Counted from the whole stretch's first letter, positions 39,012-53,274 are shown. The stretch is 63,897 nt of DNA, filler included, from Reticulomyxa filosa (GCA_000512085.1; 23 parts of 23 records of this genome joined end to end with filler, not necessarily neighbours in it), one strand, 5' to 3'. Notes: generated by a model not told the origin, from the letters alone. A program made the numbers and translations.

Positions 39012-41544
39012 CTGCTTTGATAGGTTCTTCTTTCAATGCGAACACAGCATGTGAGTATGGTGGAGTAATATATGCAGTTAATTTTTTCTTCATTCTTTTA
39101 TTGAACTATTTCTGTGAGGGAGGGGAAAGGGGGGGAAAAAAGAAAAATATTTTTGTCAATGATCAAAAATGTTGCCTGTTTACTCACATGTCCTCGTGAT
39201 TATGATGGTAAAACGTGATCGTTGCAAACATGATTAAACAGAATGAGGTAAACGTAGTAATGAATGACTCGGTGGTGATTGGAAATTGCCAACATTCAAG
39301 CTTGTGTGATGCAAATTCAAAACCATTGTGTGGAAAACAAGGTGGCAGTATTGCAATATTTGCCGAGGAAAAAAAGATATCAGCAAATTTATACTTGCAC
39401 AATGTAAAAATGTACAATTTGAGTAGCGAAGTCGGCGGAGCAATATTGGGTCGACAAGAAACAGGTACTATGATGAAAGTTACATTAAAGAATGTGATAT
39501 TTGGAGGAAATACTGCAAGTGTGCTCCCGTCCGGCAGTGATGTGGCCGTCTTCCAAACCTCTGGACAATTGTCCGTAGATGTGCGAAATGTCAGCAAAAA
39601 TGCGCAAATGATATCTTTTCCAAAAAAAATGAAATTGAACTTATACGCAAGTTCGAAAGAAGATGCATTGACTTCGATTTGTCCCAATTGCACCATGTTC
39701 GGAGTTGTCCAATCATGGAATGTATTCGATCAATTGTATGAACCAATAACCGAATATTGCACTATAGATGGTGTATGTTCCAATGTTCAAATCCAATTGC
39801 AGTGTTCGACAGCATACAGTAATGACAGTTGTCCACGAGACATACAAGCATTGACCAGCGGTTTTTCATTTGGCAATGGAAATGCCACATTTGTTGCCAG
39901 ACCTGGAATGATAGGACAATATGTGAATATAACTTTAGCTTGTCAAACAAATCAACGTGGAGGACTGTGCTCTTTGGATTCGAACCTGACAAGTTCGAAC
40001 ATTCGTCAAGTGCCTTTTGTCAATTGTCCACGTGACTTGAATCGCAAAGTATATCCAAATTCGAATGATCTCAATTGGTTTTGGTGTGAGTCGCCTTTGC
40101 TTCCAAACTTTGATTTGACTAAAAAAATGGACAAACGACCTGCTGCTGTCGCTCTTCTCACATTCGTTGCCTTGTGTATAATGTTGGTGTTCCTTTTGGG
40201 ATGGTTCCATGAAATGAATATCTTGCGATGCGGGTATTGTTATCAAAACAAAGTCCAGCAAACTCACGTTCAGTCTAAATGTCTTTATGTGTATTCGTTG
40301 CATTTTGCTATAATAACAATATAATACAATAATAATAATAATAATAATATGAACCAGCCACAAGCAGTACTTCGTTTTATTTTGAAGCTTTTGGATACAT
40401 TTACAGGTTACAAAAAAAAAAAAAAAATATAATCTTGTTTTTTCCCGTCACTGCTATTTGTATGTGCGTTGGGCTTCAAATAGATATAAACTTGTGCCAG
40501 GCTTTTTGGCAAGCGTACGTTTACTTGGCGTGGACTGGCCATAAAAATGAAAGTAATGTGTGGCTACGATTCGCACTGACCTCCACCATCTTTTTAGTGT
40601 TGCCGTGGTTGATGAACGTTGGTATAACAATTGCGATAAACTCTCGACTCTTGAACATAATTCCAAAGAATAAATTCACCCAAGCCAGTTATGCGTCAAA
40701 ACGAGTCATTATTGGAATGCTGGTAGTATTCTCTGGAGATTTCTATTCGGCGGTGGACTTAATGAATTGTCGTTTGTTTGGATTGCCATTGTTCCACTTG
40801 GGAATGACCCAATACGAATTAAGAAGATTTTCTCAATTCCGCCTTTTCACTTGCATTTTCCAAAACTTGCCACAAATGATATTGCAACTCGCTGCTTTAA
40901 GATACACTCAGAAAAATACTGTCACGGATATTGACGGCAGTGTATATTTGGCCTTTTGCATGAGCTTGTTATCCATTACAGCAACAGTATTGGGCTATTG
41001 CTTACAACGCAACGAAATGTATCGCCTAGAAACATTTGAACTTGTCATCAAATTACATTATTCCAGTTCGGTCAATCCCAGCGTCAAAGAAATTGCCGGA
41101 AAAACTATTCGTGAAAATCGTGGGCGCTACTACACAATAATTCAACCTCTGCTACAACATTGCAAAGATCTGACTTCAAACCAAGTGAGTGTTGGAAGTG
41201 TGGATATTACTGGAGACACTATTTGTATTTATGGAAATATCGTGCGCTTGACGAGTAACATTCCGACAAAGTTGGACACTGCCAATGGAGAAACTGTCGC
41301 AGACGGAAAATATACTTACGAAGGAAAAGAAGAAAAAATATGTCAATCAGTACTATTGCGAGGATTTGGACTAGAAAAACAATTAAAAACGTATTTGCAA
41401 TCCAATCAACCTAAAGTTACTTTGAAAGGTTCTTATTTCAAAATATTTTCAAATGAGCCACAAGTTCCTAGACCTCCTAATACTAATTCAGTAATGTCTC
41501 GATCTGGAGACGGGGATATTGAAATTGGCGGGAGACGTGATTGA
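39012..41544 (+). CDS. Large surface/membrane protein: GGA(I/V)-type beta-helix repeats + Cys-rich stalk + multi-pass TM region (5'-truncated)
   Basis: FNANTA..GGVIY, GGSIAI, GGAIL and FGGNTA are PMP-like motifs; several hydrophobic helices including FQNLPQMILQL; multi-exon. Confidence 0.68.
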
Positions 41545-42119
41545 ATCAAAGAGAAATAAATATTTGGGTTTTTTTGGGAGGGGGGGGGGGGGGGGGGGGA
41601 AAAAGAAACGAGGAATGGGAAGAGAAAGTGGGATGACAAAACATCAGCCACGGGGAAAAGGGGAACCGATGAAAGCAAAACTGTGGTTCAATGTATATTG
41701 CGGTTTGCAAAGGGAGCATTGGGTTACTTTTGATATTTGGATATTGGATTACAACATGCTTTGTTTCTTTGTGTGTTTTTTCTTATTTTGAAACAAATGG
41801 CTGTTGCTCTTTTTGTCTCTTTTTTGGAATTCAAGTTACGATTGGCATATATATCATTTTCAATTGAATTGGGTGCAGCTCTATCAAAATTCTTTGGTTG
41901 TTGATCGCAGATATGCATTTTTTTCAAGAACATGAAATACCAACAATTTTGTATACATTACTATGATTAAAAAACAACACAAAATGATTATTGCAACACT
42001 CGTGCAATCCTACGGAAAAAAAGATTACAATAAGTGAATATGGCTTTGTCGTGTTAAAAAGGTTTGTCTTTTTTTGACCAGCTTCGCCTGTTAAAGCAAA
42101 TTTTCGTTTTTAGTGTATA

Positions 42120-45100
42120 CTAGCCAGGTGATTTGGTAAATTGCAGTGCCTTATTGACGTAGTCTTGAGCTTTATCTGGTTTTTCCAATTTCTGATAAAC
42201 TTTTGCCATCTCAAGGTAACCATCGCTATGTTGACTTCGCAATGAAATAATCCGTTTTGCGTGAATTACACATTGTTTCCATCTTTCATTATTGAATTTT
42301 TGTAATAGCAAGTCAATTAATAACTTGTGTGCTGTCATTTCAATGAAAAGGCACTCTCGCAATATCTCTTGATCGTCAGTTGCATCAACCAGATCAGAGA
42401 TATTGTCCATTGTCAGTTTCACTTTTTTCCACTCAATAGTTGTCCCATCGGTGTTGTTTTGTTCAGCATTCAATGGCTTACATTTTTCTTCACAATTTTT
42501 TTGTGATGGAGTTGTCATCTCTTCTTCATTCTCTTTTTCGTTGTTTTCAGCATTAGCCCTTTTGTTTATTGTTGTTCCTCACTGAAAAAATATTTGCCAA
42601 ACATATATATACATATACGTGTATGAACATATGAAACAATTGCCTGCGCTGACAATATCCGTCTAGCAATTGATGACACAATTGAACACACGTGCGATAA
42701 TGATGCTCGCTTTCTTTGGGCTGATTAACAAAGTAATGACAGATTTGGCCCAATCCCAAATGGGCTTGGGCATTGTCTGGAAAATACTTAAGCGCAATTT
42801 TGTAATGTCGTTTGGCTTTGTCTATTGTTTTGTTTAGCATTTCATCCCTTACACTTACAATATCTTTTTCACTGTTGGACACATTTTCCACTTTATTTAT
42901 TTTTTCTTCCTTTCTTTCTGTCATCATAACGCCTTTGTGATTCGACATCAAATGTGATGGGGCCATGACTTGCATTTTTTCATGGAGAATGCAATCAGCT
43001 AAGCCGCAATGGACTTTAGCTATACTCCAGCTTGGAATTGGTAAATGTTCAATATCTATCTCACGCGAACTGAGAAAAGTTGTCAATTCTTTTTTCTTTG
43101 ATTGGAGCGACGCTTCCTGCTCGACGATATCAATTGCAAATTGGAAGTACTTTTGGGCTTTGAAATATTCGTTTTTCTTTCGATAAATATCGCCTTTATC
43201 ATTAGCAATTCTCACGAATTGTAACACCAAATGAAAAATAAAAAATAAACAAAAGACAAACAAAGAAAATAAAAGATTAACCTAACAATTGATACGCATG
43301 CATTTGATTGACAGAATGCTTTTGCGTTTCGTGAATTAAGTACTGTAGCAAATGATACTCAGCCAACTCATCATTTTTCAACACGTCATTAGCACATTTC
43401 CCATAATAATAATGAGCAGTGACACAATGAGGATCATATTCCAACGCAGATTTCAAATGTCTTTCTGCTTCATTGCCATATTGGAATATTGTCAACAATA
43501 ACCCCCCATAATCCGACTTACATTGCGACAATAGTTTCTTTATTTCTAAATACATTACTTCATTATGCTTGTGATCATTCATTATTTGCTTCAAGTACTC
43601 ATATTCACGATTCGCGTCGTTGTCGTCATCAACTATATTTTCATTATAATTATAATAGCAATAGTTGTTATCATTGTTATTGTCGTTGTGAATATTTGTA
43701 CTTCCATCTTCTACATCATTATGACTATCGCTATCATTACTGTTTCTCTCTCCTTTGTCTTCTTCTTCGTCGTCACTACTTTCGTTATTGCCATATATCT
43801 GCCATTCTTCTTCAGTTATTTCCATTGACTCAGTTTTCATATTGTGTTGTGTATCATTTGTCAAAATCAATCGCTTCTCTATCTTCCTTTGTCCTTGTTG
43901 AATTAGTTCTTCCAAGTAGTCGTGTCTTCAGTATCACGTGTGCAACAGATGATAACAAGCAATCATATACACGCATGCATGCATGCACACATACATTTGT
44001 GAAAGAAGAGAAAGAGGCAGATATATTCACACTTATTCGGACATGTATGTAAAAGGAAAAAAAATAAAATAAATAAATAACACAACAAACAAACACTCGT
44101 TTAAAAATGGAAATGGCTCGCTGCAAATGAATTTCAGCAGAGTTTTGATCATGAAGATACAGCCACAAAGCATTTCCTAAGTGTCGATGTGCATCGCAAT
44201 GATCGGGAACAAACTCCAATGTCTTTTTCCAACACAAGGCCGCCAAAGACATGGCCCGGGGATGAGTAGAGTATGCCTGCTGTGCTTTCAACATGCCGAG
44301 GTTGCACCACACTTGAACATAGGAAGGTCTGTGTTTCAATGCCATCTGGTAATAATCGACAGCGTGATCGATTTGTTTCAGTTTGTATTGATATAAAAAG
44401 CCCAATTGCGCCGCATAAATAGAAGCATGTTCCGAGGAATTTTCCGAGGAATTTTCGGAAGTGACCAACTCATATGCACGTTTCCAATGCTGTTCCGCCA
44501 AATGATAGTCCCCACGGCAGTCGTGATTATACAGTAAGGCAATATCATGATGCAATGCAGAGTCCGTTTCACTCACTGCCATTGCTTCCATTAATTTCTT
44601 CAGTCCCAAATCAATCATTTTGCATTCTTTTTTTTTTTAATTAAAAAAAAAAAAAATATAATAATAACAATAATGATACATTCAAGTCAGAGTTAATAAC
44701 AACAAAATTAATCCTCTATCTATAGCACTAAACAATAGGAAAAAATAACAAAACAAAACAAAACGCTCTTCAATGGAATGGGAATAATTGAACGGTGGAA
44801 GACATTGCAAGTATAACAAGCGAGCATAAGTAGCACATATGCCAAAGGCCAATGAATCAAATGGTGTTAGAAACTTCATGCAAGTTCGAATGTGATGAAT
44901 GCAACGAGTCGCCGATTTGTGACGATCTTCGTACCAAGGTGAATATCTCCCACATCCCCATTGTTTGTTATCTTTTTTTTTATTATTACTTGTTTTGCTA
45001 TTGTGGCTGCTCATTGTTTCTGAAACCTCTGTCTTTTTTTCTTCATTTGTGCCGCAATCACGGTAATTCGCATTATTATTATCATTATCGTCATTGTTGT

Positions 45101-45806
45101 TATTGCCATTGTCATTGTCACTGTCATGATAATCACAGCCGTCCTGATAACATCCATTGGTTAATACTTCTTGTACAAAACTTGCGATAGATGAAGGTAT
45201 TTCATCAGTGCTATAGCACACACATGTTTGTAATTGTGTCAAATATAGCAATGCCAATTGATAATGAGTTTCTACATCATTCATTTTTATTTCCAACACT
45301 TTGTGATAACATTGCATTGCATCATTCCCATATTCAAATGCGTCCCCCATTTTTTTCTCTAAATATGCACGATACAAGTTTTGTTGATGCAGTAATCCTA
45401 ATGAATACCATGCTGCTACATTTCTTCCATTCAATTGCAACGCCGCTTTGAATTGATACTGCGCCTCGTCATTTCGATCTTGCTTTAACAAATAGTTGCC
45501 AAACTTCACTCGAACATTACCAGATTTTGGATTTTCGCTTATCCTTTCGATCCATGTTCGCTCTTCTTCTTCTTCTCCTTCCTCTAGCTCAATCTCTTTT
45601 TCTTCTTCGATTAACGGGCTCGCTTTGTCTTCGGTATCTTCACTTTCTTTTTTTCCTGTTTGCTCTTTACGCTCCATTTTTTTTAGAGTGCCACCTTCGC
45701 TGTCAATTCCTTTTGAATGCACATTATTTGTGGCAACATTTTCTGAAGATATTCCTTCAGGGCCTTCATGAGGTTTGTTGGACTCACTACTTTCATTACC
45801 ACCCAT
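42120..45806 (-). CDS. Tetratricopeptide-repeat protein, multi-exon
   Basis: Many TPR units (AQYQFKAALQLNGRNVAAWYSLG, AVDYYQMALKHRPSYVQVWCNLG, HYKIALKYFPDNAQAHLGLG, AQDYVNKALQ). Confidence 0.88.
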
Positions 45807-46199
45807 GTCAATCCCAATATTTGCAATTTAATGAAGAGTCACACATTTGAGGACCCAGTGCGTTTTGTGTCCGTGAGTAACGATTGCCCGAGATTAACTT
45901 CATTTCTTTATTTGGAATCACATTATTTGCAATCATGTAAAATTAATTTTTAAAAATATCTACAATGTAATTTTTTGCAATTGCAAACATTATTCTTTTT
46001 TTACAGCTTTATACTACACTTCATGTTTTTCTAAATATTAGTTTAATTTTGCATTTTTATTTTTCATTTGTTTTTTATATATTGTCGATAAAATAAAAAA
46101 TTAATAAAATTCAAGCTTATAGCAAAATTAAAAAAGTTAAATTTTCTGCTTTTTTAAAAATAGATCAGGAATTTGTGAGTAAATTTAAAATGGCATTAT

Positions 46200-46337
46200 G
46201 TAGGGCAAGTCCCTACGTATAGCAAAAATCCATATGAACTGTGAAGCCCCACAACACGTTTTCCAATCACAGTTTTTACGTAGGGTAAGGTCCTAGCAAG
46301 CGTAAGTGAAGTCGGTCTGAACTTAGAATCCTTTTTT
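46200..46337 (-). ncRNA. Candidate structured RNA (snRNA-like, tentatively U11-like) or small palindromic element
   Basis: GC-richer island in AT-rich intergenic DNA. The minus strand reads AAAAAAGGAUUC, three stem-loops, an Sm-like GAUUUUUG, then a GUAGGG-ACUUG-CCCUAC terminal hairpin. Confidence 0.3.
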
Positions 46338-47495
46338 CCCAAAACTTACTTGTTTACTTTTGTTTATTTGTTTTATTTTTCTTTATTTAAATCCTTTTTT
46401 GTTTTTGTTGAAATGCCCAAAAAAAGGAACCATTAGTCACCTTTTACCAGCGACACTTACCACAACGACAAACAGACTTGAAGTGGTGTTGTCTTTGTTG
46501 CAAATATAGTGAATTACATAGCTTTGATATAAATTAAAAAACTCCGCTATATTATAAATAAAAAGATACATTTTTTTAATAAATCAAAAGTCAAATGAAA
46601 CACAATGTTTACTTTTTAAAATTAGAAAATACACTTACACTCCATAACAATAAATTGTGGAAAAAAGCACTATTGTGGAATTATCCATGATGACAAAAGC
46701 AATATTTCAATTCATTGGAGCTGTTTCTTAATTTAAACAAGTAAACATTGAATAGACAATGAAATGACTATTGAAAACGACAGAAATAAATGTGGATATC
46801 AAACGCAGAAGCAAATGCTACACAAAAAAGCAAATAAAAATACGCAAAAACGTAAAATCAAAAACACAGAAACAAATTTATTTTAAAGTAAGGTACATTT
46901 ACTTGTTTTTGAATGTCTATACGTTTCATAGTTTTATACACAGAAATAATTGTTAGCTAAATACAAGAAAATAATCAATGAAAATAAAAAAGCATTACAA
47001 ATACATTGCGAATAAATTTTTCAAAATGATATATTTTTATTTACCTGAACCTAATTTTCATTAGTTGTTTGTTTACTTATGTAGCACATTGGTAATAGTT
47101 CTATGTATAAGTACAGATAAGTTATCTGTTTGCGATGCTTATTTGGATTAAGTCCATTTTAAAAAATGTGCAAAATTATAGCTTTCTAACTCAAAGCGAT
47201 GCATAAATAAAAATAGACAAGTATTTTTCATAAATACAGTCAATACTATCAGTAAAGGCAGTAGTTCATTTACCTATTTTTTAGAGGCTGTTGTGTTTTG
47301 ACAGAATAAAAAGGGACAACCTGGTCAACGATTGTTTTGTCTTTTCTGGCTTGTCTTTGCTAAAGCGAGAAAAAACGACACCAAAAATACCAATTATCTT
47401 TGCATTTCAAGATGAGCAAACATTGTGGCTACATGAAAAATGTCTTTTGTCAAAAGTCGTCGTCAAAATACTGTGGAAAAAGTTGTTTTTTCAAG

Positions 47496-47908
47496 ATGAT
47501 TGGAGTAGTTGCGATAATGGTTTTGGTGCTCATTGTTTTAATCTATGAGGTCATTTTTTCCTTGTCCTTTACGCACCTTTTGTTATTAAAAGAAATATGA
47601 AAAAACATGTATACACATATGCCGAAGATGCAAGCACATACCGTCAGTGCTATATTGTACATGACAGCTCACAACGGCAGTAAAGTGTATGCCTTTGACG
47701 CTCGTGACGGCACATTGTTATCAGAGCATGTGTTGGATCTAACATATGTGTTTCCCAACATAACCAATAAAGAAGCAGACGCTAATGATTTGTTTGGTTT
47801 TCGAGGCATATTACAAGTTTTGTATGTGTATGTTAGAGAGAAAGAAAGAGAAAGGACAAATTTCAAAAAAAAAAAAAAAAAACAATAACGACCACAACCG
47901 CATATCCG
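47496..47908 (+). CDS. Secreted protein, 5' part, beta-propeller-like (3'-truncated)
   Basis: Signal-like MIGVVAIMVLVLIVLIYE, then LYMTAHNGSKVYAFDARDGTLL (PQQ/NHL-like blade). Confidence 0.5.
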
Positions 47909-48347
47909 NNNNNNNNNNNNNNNNNNNNNNNNNNNNNNNNNNNNNNNNNNNNTTAATTAATTAANNNNNNNNNNNNNNNNNNNNNNNNNNNNNNNNNNNN
48001 NNNNNNNNGGAGTAGCTTTTTCTTTAGTTCTCTCCCACCATCAACTGTTCTCATTTACATAAATAAAAACATCCTCTCCTAGCAAGTACAATTTTGTGAT
48101 TAGGTTTTTAAAATATTGAAAAGAAAAATTTTTAAAAAAACATATTTTATTATCTTCATTTTTTTTTGTCTTTGTTTGTGTCAATTCAAAGCAAACTTTA
48201 TTAATTTTATTTATGTTAGCCTCAAAAACTTTAAATTAATAATAAAAGGGGAAAGCAGCGCCTACAACTTTTTAACGTCGCTTGGCTCTCTTTCCCAAGC
48301 AATCTTTGCTCAATTTATCCTCAACTGGACTAATATTTGTTCATAAT

Positions 48348-51300
48348 ATGTTTACTCCGAATCTTCCAAATGAACAGCTACCAGGGTACATGCCAACGGT
48401 GTGCAAGGCGTTGGCGTGTTCTGACTCTCTACTCCTCTGCCAGTTGTTAGTTGAAGGTTGTGCATGTCTTGTGATCGAATAGGTGATATCTTCCAATATG
48501 ATAGACATCTCATTAATATTTAACCAAAGAAAAATTATAAGTTTTTGGTTTAACTCAGAAGGCACAGTTGCCACGTTGAAGAGCGTTTTGGAGCTATATT
48601 TACAAACCATTACGGGCTCTATGACTCCTGTTCGATTTATGTATAATGATAAAATTCTCTCCTTAAAATCCGATAGAGTTATTTATTTATATCTTTTTGA
48701 ATTTTACAGTCGGTACTAGCCACAGGTACAACCATGACATAAAAAAAAAGATACGACTAGTCGATCTTGTAAAGAATAATGTCTACCAAATGAATGTTTT
48801 TGCTTGGACGCCAAATTACCCCAACAAGCAGTTTCACAAAGAGCAGAGAAAAAAAAATAAGGCAAATGAAAGCAAATTAACAAAAGTAGTTTTGTGTGTG
48901 CAACACTTGGTATTTAGTATAGCAACTTCTTGTGCACTCCAAATTTGGATGAATATGTGTACGTTACCTGACGATGGAGCTTTTGACATCAGTCGTCCTG
49001 CAATGGACTCCAGTAAGATCAGCTGTTCCAAGAGTGCGATTCAGGTACATTCATTAGGTGTTTTTTTTTACACGTGTAATGTTCGCATTTGCTTTCGTGG
49101 GAGTGCAAGATACAAAAAAAAAAAAAGTGTCTTTTTCATTCCAAAACGCTCGTGGAAGCACTAGTGTGCCCGATACCTTATTTCTTGCCAAAGGAAAACG
49201 ATTGGTGGAAAATCTTTAAAGTCATGGCAAAGCGAAAGCATCACGGATGTTTTGTGTTAATCCTTTCTTTTCTTTTTTTTTGAAAAAAGAAAAATGTAAT
49301 TTGTCTTTGTTTTGAAATGAATCAGTACCCATCACTTGTACGTCTTATCAACTACTTGACCAATTGAGCCAACATAGGGACTCAGAAAAAGTAGAGCCAA
49401 TCTGGGGTTGCTTGGAACATTTGCTTTGCACAATTCAAAGAAGCTGCAATGCCTACGAATGGCAAAATCATTTACAAAAACTATTGCGTGACCTTAATCA
49501 ACAAATTCAACATCTTAATTTTCTCCAACACCCATGTCATGGTCCTGTGCCAATGCACTTCCTTTGTATATGGCAAAATAGCGTTAAGAAAATACTTTTT
49601 CTGTTAGTATGTACGAAAAACAAAACAAAGCAAAAAAATGGAGCGAGAAATTTTCTTAAATAAACTTTTAGCAACAATGCAGTATTTGCAAGTTTATGCA
49701 CCGCAATTATAGATTGGCGTTGGGATATACGGAGCCTTTGCCAATTGATTATATTGAATTGGACATTTGCGTTTTCATCACGCCCTCTCAAAAGAAAGTA
49801 CTTGTGAAACACGTATCTTATGACTCCCCCATCACGATGTTAGTATCAAAGACAATGAAACGAGCAGGCATTTCAACAGACAACTGCAAACATACAACTA
49901 TGCACACAGTGCAAATGTCCTCTGATAAAGACTCTGTTTTATTTACTCAATGTGAAAAAAATAAGCCTATTAGCGATTTTATCAAGGACGGGATTCCTTT
50001 GTTTATTTTGAGCGTGGATAAAAACAACGAAAAAGACACTTTCAAATCCAAAAGAACAGCCTTTTGGATCATTGAAAAAGGCCGCTCCCAGACAGAAATT
50101 GAAATCTATCAAGCAAAATGGAAAAATGAACAGAACGAAAAGATATCTTTAGTTTAGCTTGAGCTTTACCAGAATTAATATTTCTTTTAATGTTTCTCTT
50201 TCCAAAAAAGTATTTTTCTGTTTTTATTGAGCCAACCAAAAAGAGGAAGGGGGGGGAAAAAAAAGGCTGCATTTCAAAATGGAACAATTAGTGGTTGGAG
50301 GCTAATACCTGATCGTCATCCTTATGTCATCATCCGTGGACAAAGGCTCGGTAATGTTCATTATGCACAATTGACTGAAAATGAAGTCGTGTTTATTGAC
50401 TGGACACACGAAGTAGAGCAACCTTGGGTGTGCATACGTGGATATGAAAATCTTGCACCGGACTTGAAAAGCGAGTACATGTATTATGTATTAAATCGAT
50501 CACTTATGATGATTCGATTGGCAGCAGCAGTAAAGAGGCTGGCGCTCATTCCTCTAGCCGAAGGGCTCAATGATGACTATCGAGATTTGGAAAGTTGGGA
50601 GGCAGAACAGTTACTCCTCACCAATGTTATCAATCAAATGGAAAAAGATGGAGTCTTTACCCGCAACCACACCAGCGATATTCCTGATCTTTCTTTGGTT
50701 TGTTGTACTTAAAAAAAAAGATTGGCTCTATCATTTGTGTATACGTGTGCACATACTGTATGTTTGAAGAATATTAAATGGACTAAATCCTTGATAAAAT
50801 TTATCGCCACATACTTATCACCGAGTTCCTTGTTGTGTAACACATTTTGGAATACAAAAAGTATGAAGAACTTATTTGAATGCGCTGCAATTTGTTCGGA
50901 AAAAAAATCGATAAAAGATTTTTTTGAATTGGAGGATATATGGCAAGAAATGGTTAACCCGATTATCCGAGATCAATTAGAATCGCAATTAATCTACCTT
51001 TTGTCCAATCATACCCAACGTATTTTGGGAGACATTACCAAAACTTTATTAAACTTACTCCAAACTGCTGCTACAACTTCCACTGTATTTTTTATTTTTT
51101 TACTTAATTTAAAAAAAAGTGAGCATGTGTGATGCACAATAACAAGATACAATTAATATTTGAATAGAAGCATCATAATTACTGCAAATCCCTAGCGCAG
51201 TGTATGAGCATACATGAAAAGGGGGAATGGCGTGACTCCAGTGAAGCATGCCCCCGCTGTCAAAATACGTAATATGCTTGGAGGGACTCTATTTTTTACG

Positions 51301-51838
51301 GGATCTTTTTTTTTTGAGGAAAAAGGTTTGATGAATTTTTTTCATTGTGAAGGCTGAATGTGTATATGTGTAACAAGGATTTTGGTGATCCGGAAAAAGA
51401 TGCTGAGTTTTCCCAGAGTGTTGATCATCCCGTTGGCTCAGCAACACTGGAACGACAGCACGTCAACTCAGTGCAAAGACAGACCTCCATTAAAATGCGA
51501 AATTAATCTGACAAAAAATGAAAATAACAAGTACACGCTTTATTCAATGGTTGATCACCACAGAAATGCTTCCACTGATTACTATGTTCTGTATTTGAAA
51601 ATACGATTTAAAAGGAATTTTATGTTTCATATTATTGTCACTTTCAAAAAGAAAGAGATATATAAAAGATTTTTATGCTTATTTATATATCTTATAATAG
51701 ACCACTACTGTCAAGGACTTTCAAAACGGAAAATGGCTCACCATTAATGATGAAACTATCACTTCTGTTCCTACAAAGCCCAACAAGTATATTCTTAGCA
51801 ATACTGTTGTTGCATTGTTATACGAAAAAACACAGTAG
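48348..51838 (+). CDS. Ubiquitin-like-domain protein with a C-terminal USP (peptidase C19)-fold domain, probably catalytically inactive
   Basis: Two Ubl-like segments (TVATLKSVL...RFMYNDKIL; ICVFITP..DSPITMLV); FPRVLII; YTLYSMVDHHRNASTDYY/TTTVKDFQNGKWLTINDETI...ALLYEK is a USP His box with GHY changed to DYY. Confidence 0.65.
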
Positions 51839-52103
51839 AAGCGCTTCAAAACAAATACGTTGCTTCAACAAATACTTTTTTTAGTTGTACTTTTTTTTTC
51901 ATTTTAAAAGTAGTGTATCATTAGATTAGATTATTGATGTATTACAAATGTTGAACAAATATTGAATTTTAGGTTTATTTTTTTGAAAACCAAAAAAAAA
52001 AAANNNNNNNNNNNNNNNNNNNNNNNNNNNNNNNNNNNNNNNNNNNNTTAATTAATTAANNNNNNNNNNNNNNNNNNNNNNNNNNNNNNNNNNNNNNNNN
52101 NNN

Positions 52104-52930
52104 CACTCTTTGATTTTGTCTGTACAAAAGGCTTTAAGGACTATGCAGACAATTGCTCAAAACAGAGGAATAAAAGACTGGAGAGTTTAAAGATGGATCT
52201 TGGTGAAATTTGTACTATGTTGTCATTAACTGACAGAAAAAGGACCATCCAAAACGCTGTCTCACAACACAGATGCTCCTCTCTAATGCAAGTTCAGTTT
52301 TCAATTTTTTCCTTCTCCGTCAAACTCGGTGAGCCTCCAAACTTGCGGCTCAAAACTATTGCAACAAATAAGTTAATCTAAACAATCAACAATTCTGATT
52401 GAAGTTATTTCAATTTTTTTTTTTCTTGAACACAATAATTTGTAATTTGTTTTGTATGACATCATCAATGTTGCCCCTTTGACAAGCTGTCACTATTTTG
52501 TTGCGATATCTCAAGCAATCACTGCAATGTCTTTTGAATAGTAAAAATAAAACTGAATAATCATTTTTTTGTTCATTTTTAAAAATTATTCGAAAAAATA
52601 AAATTATTGTTGACATATACATGTTTACTTTGTTGAAATAATTCGAAAAGAGTTTTTAAGTTTCGACAAAACTTTGGTACCTTTGAGAGAGTTGGGTCAA
52701 GAAGCTTCAGTTAAACGTTGTACTTGCAACCATGGCAACAGGAAGCGGTTTTGCAGACTGGTTAAAACAAATGGCTTTGAAAAATATGTCCATGCGATTA
52801 TTGAAGAAAGAGTTACCGACAAGTAGGGTTTAAAGGCAGATTTTGATGAAATCTGCAAAATATTGCTTCTATCCAATGAACAAAAAGATAAATTCAAATC
52901 TGTCGTTTTTGCAGCTAATGCACTCGCTGT
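52104..52930 (+). pseudogene. Fragmented coding remnant of unknown family
   Basis: Coding-like stretches (LFDFVCTKGFKDYADNC..., NRKRFCRLVKTNGFEKYVHAIIEERV) interrupted by stops. Confidence 0.3.
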
Positions 52931-53274
52931 GGATGATATGCAAGTTTAGTATTTTATTTATTTTCAGGTTAAATGTATTTTTTTACTCCTATGACTATGT
53001 TTTTTTTTATTGTACACTGTCTTCTAAATATTTGTTGTTGTAAAAGAAATTCTGCGAAGATTGTAATATTGTCCAGTTTAAAGATGCACTGATCAAAGCA
53101 GGTTATACTAATCCAAAAATGTTTTTGAGCAAAATACAGTAGGTTGCAAAGAAAACTGAACGCATAAAACATATNNNNNNNNNNNNNNNNNNNNNNNNNN
53201 NNNNNNNNNNNNNNNNNNTTAATTAATTAANNNNNNNNNNNNNNNNNNNNNNNNNNNNNNNNNNNNNNNNNNNN

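Noticed and set aside
41577-41599. G-run as a functional G-quadruplex
   Set aside because: A simple homopolymer in a genome full of homopolymers; its length is unreliable.
46298-46310. ACTTAC on the minus strand resembling the U1 5' end
   Set aside because: No U1-70K (GAUCAC) or U1A (AUUGCAC) loops, and the element is too short for U1.
46436-46455. CCTTTTAC resembling U5 snRNA loop 1
   Set aside because: No closing stem, and the preceding base is A rather than the conserved G.
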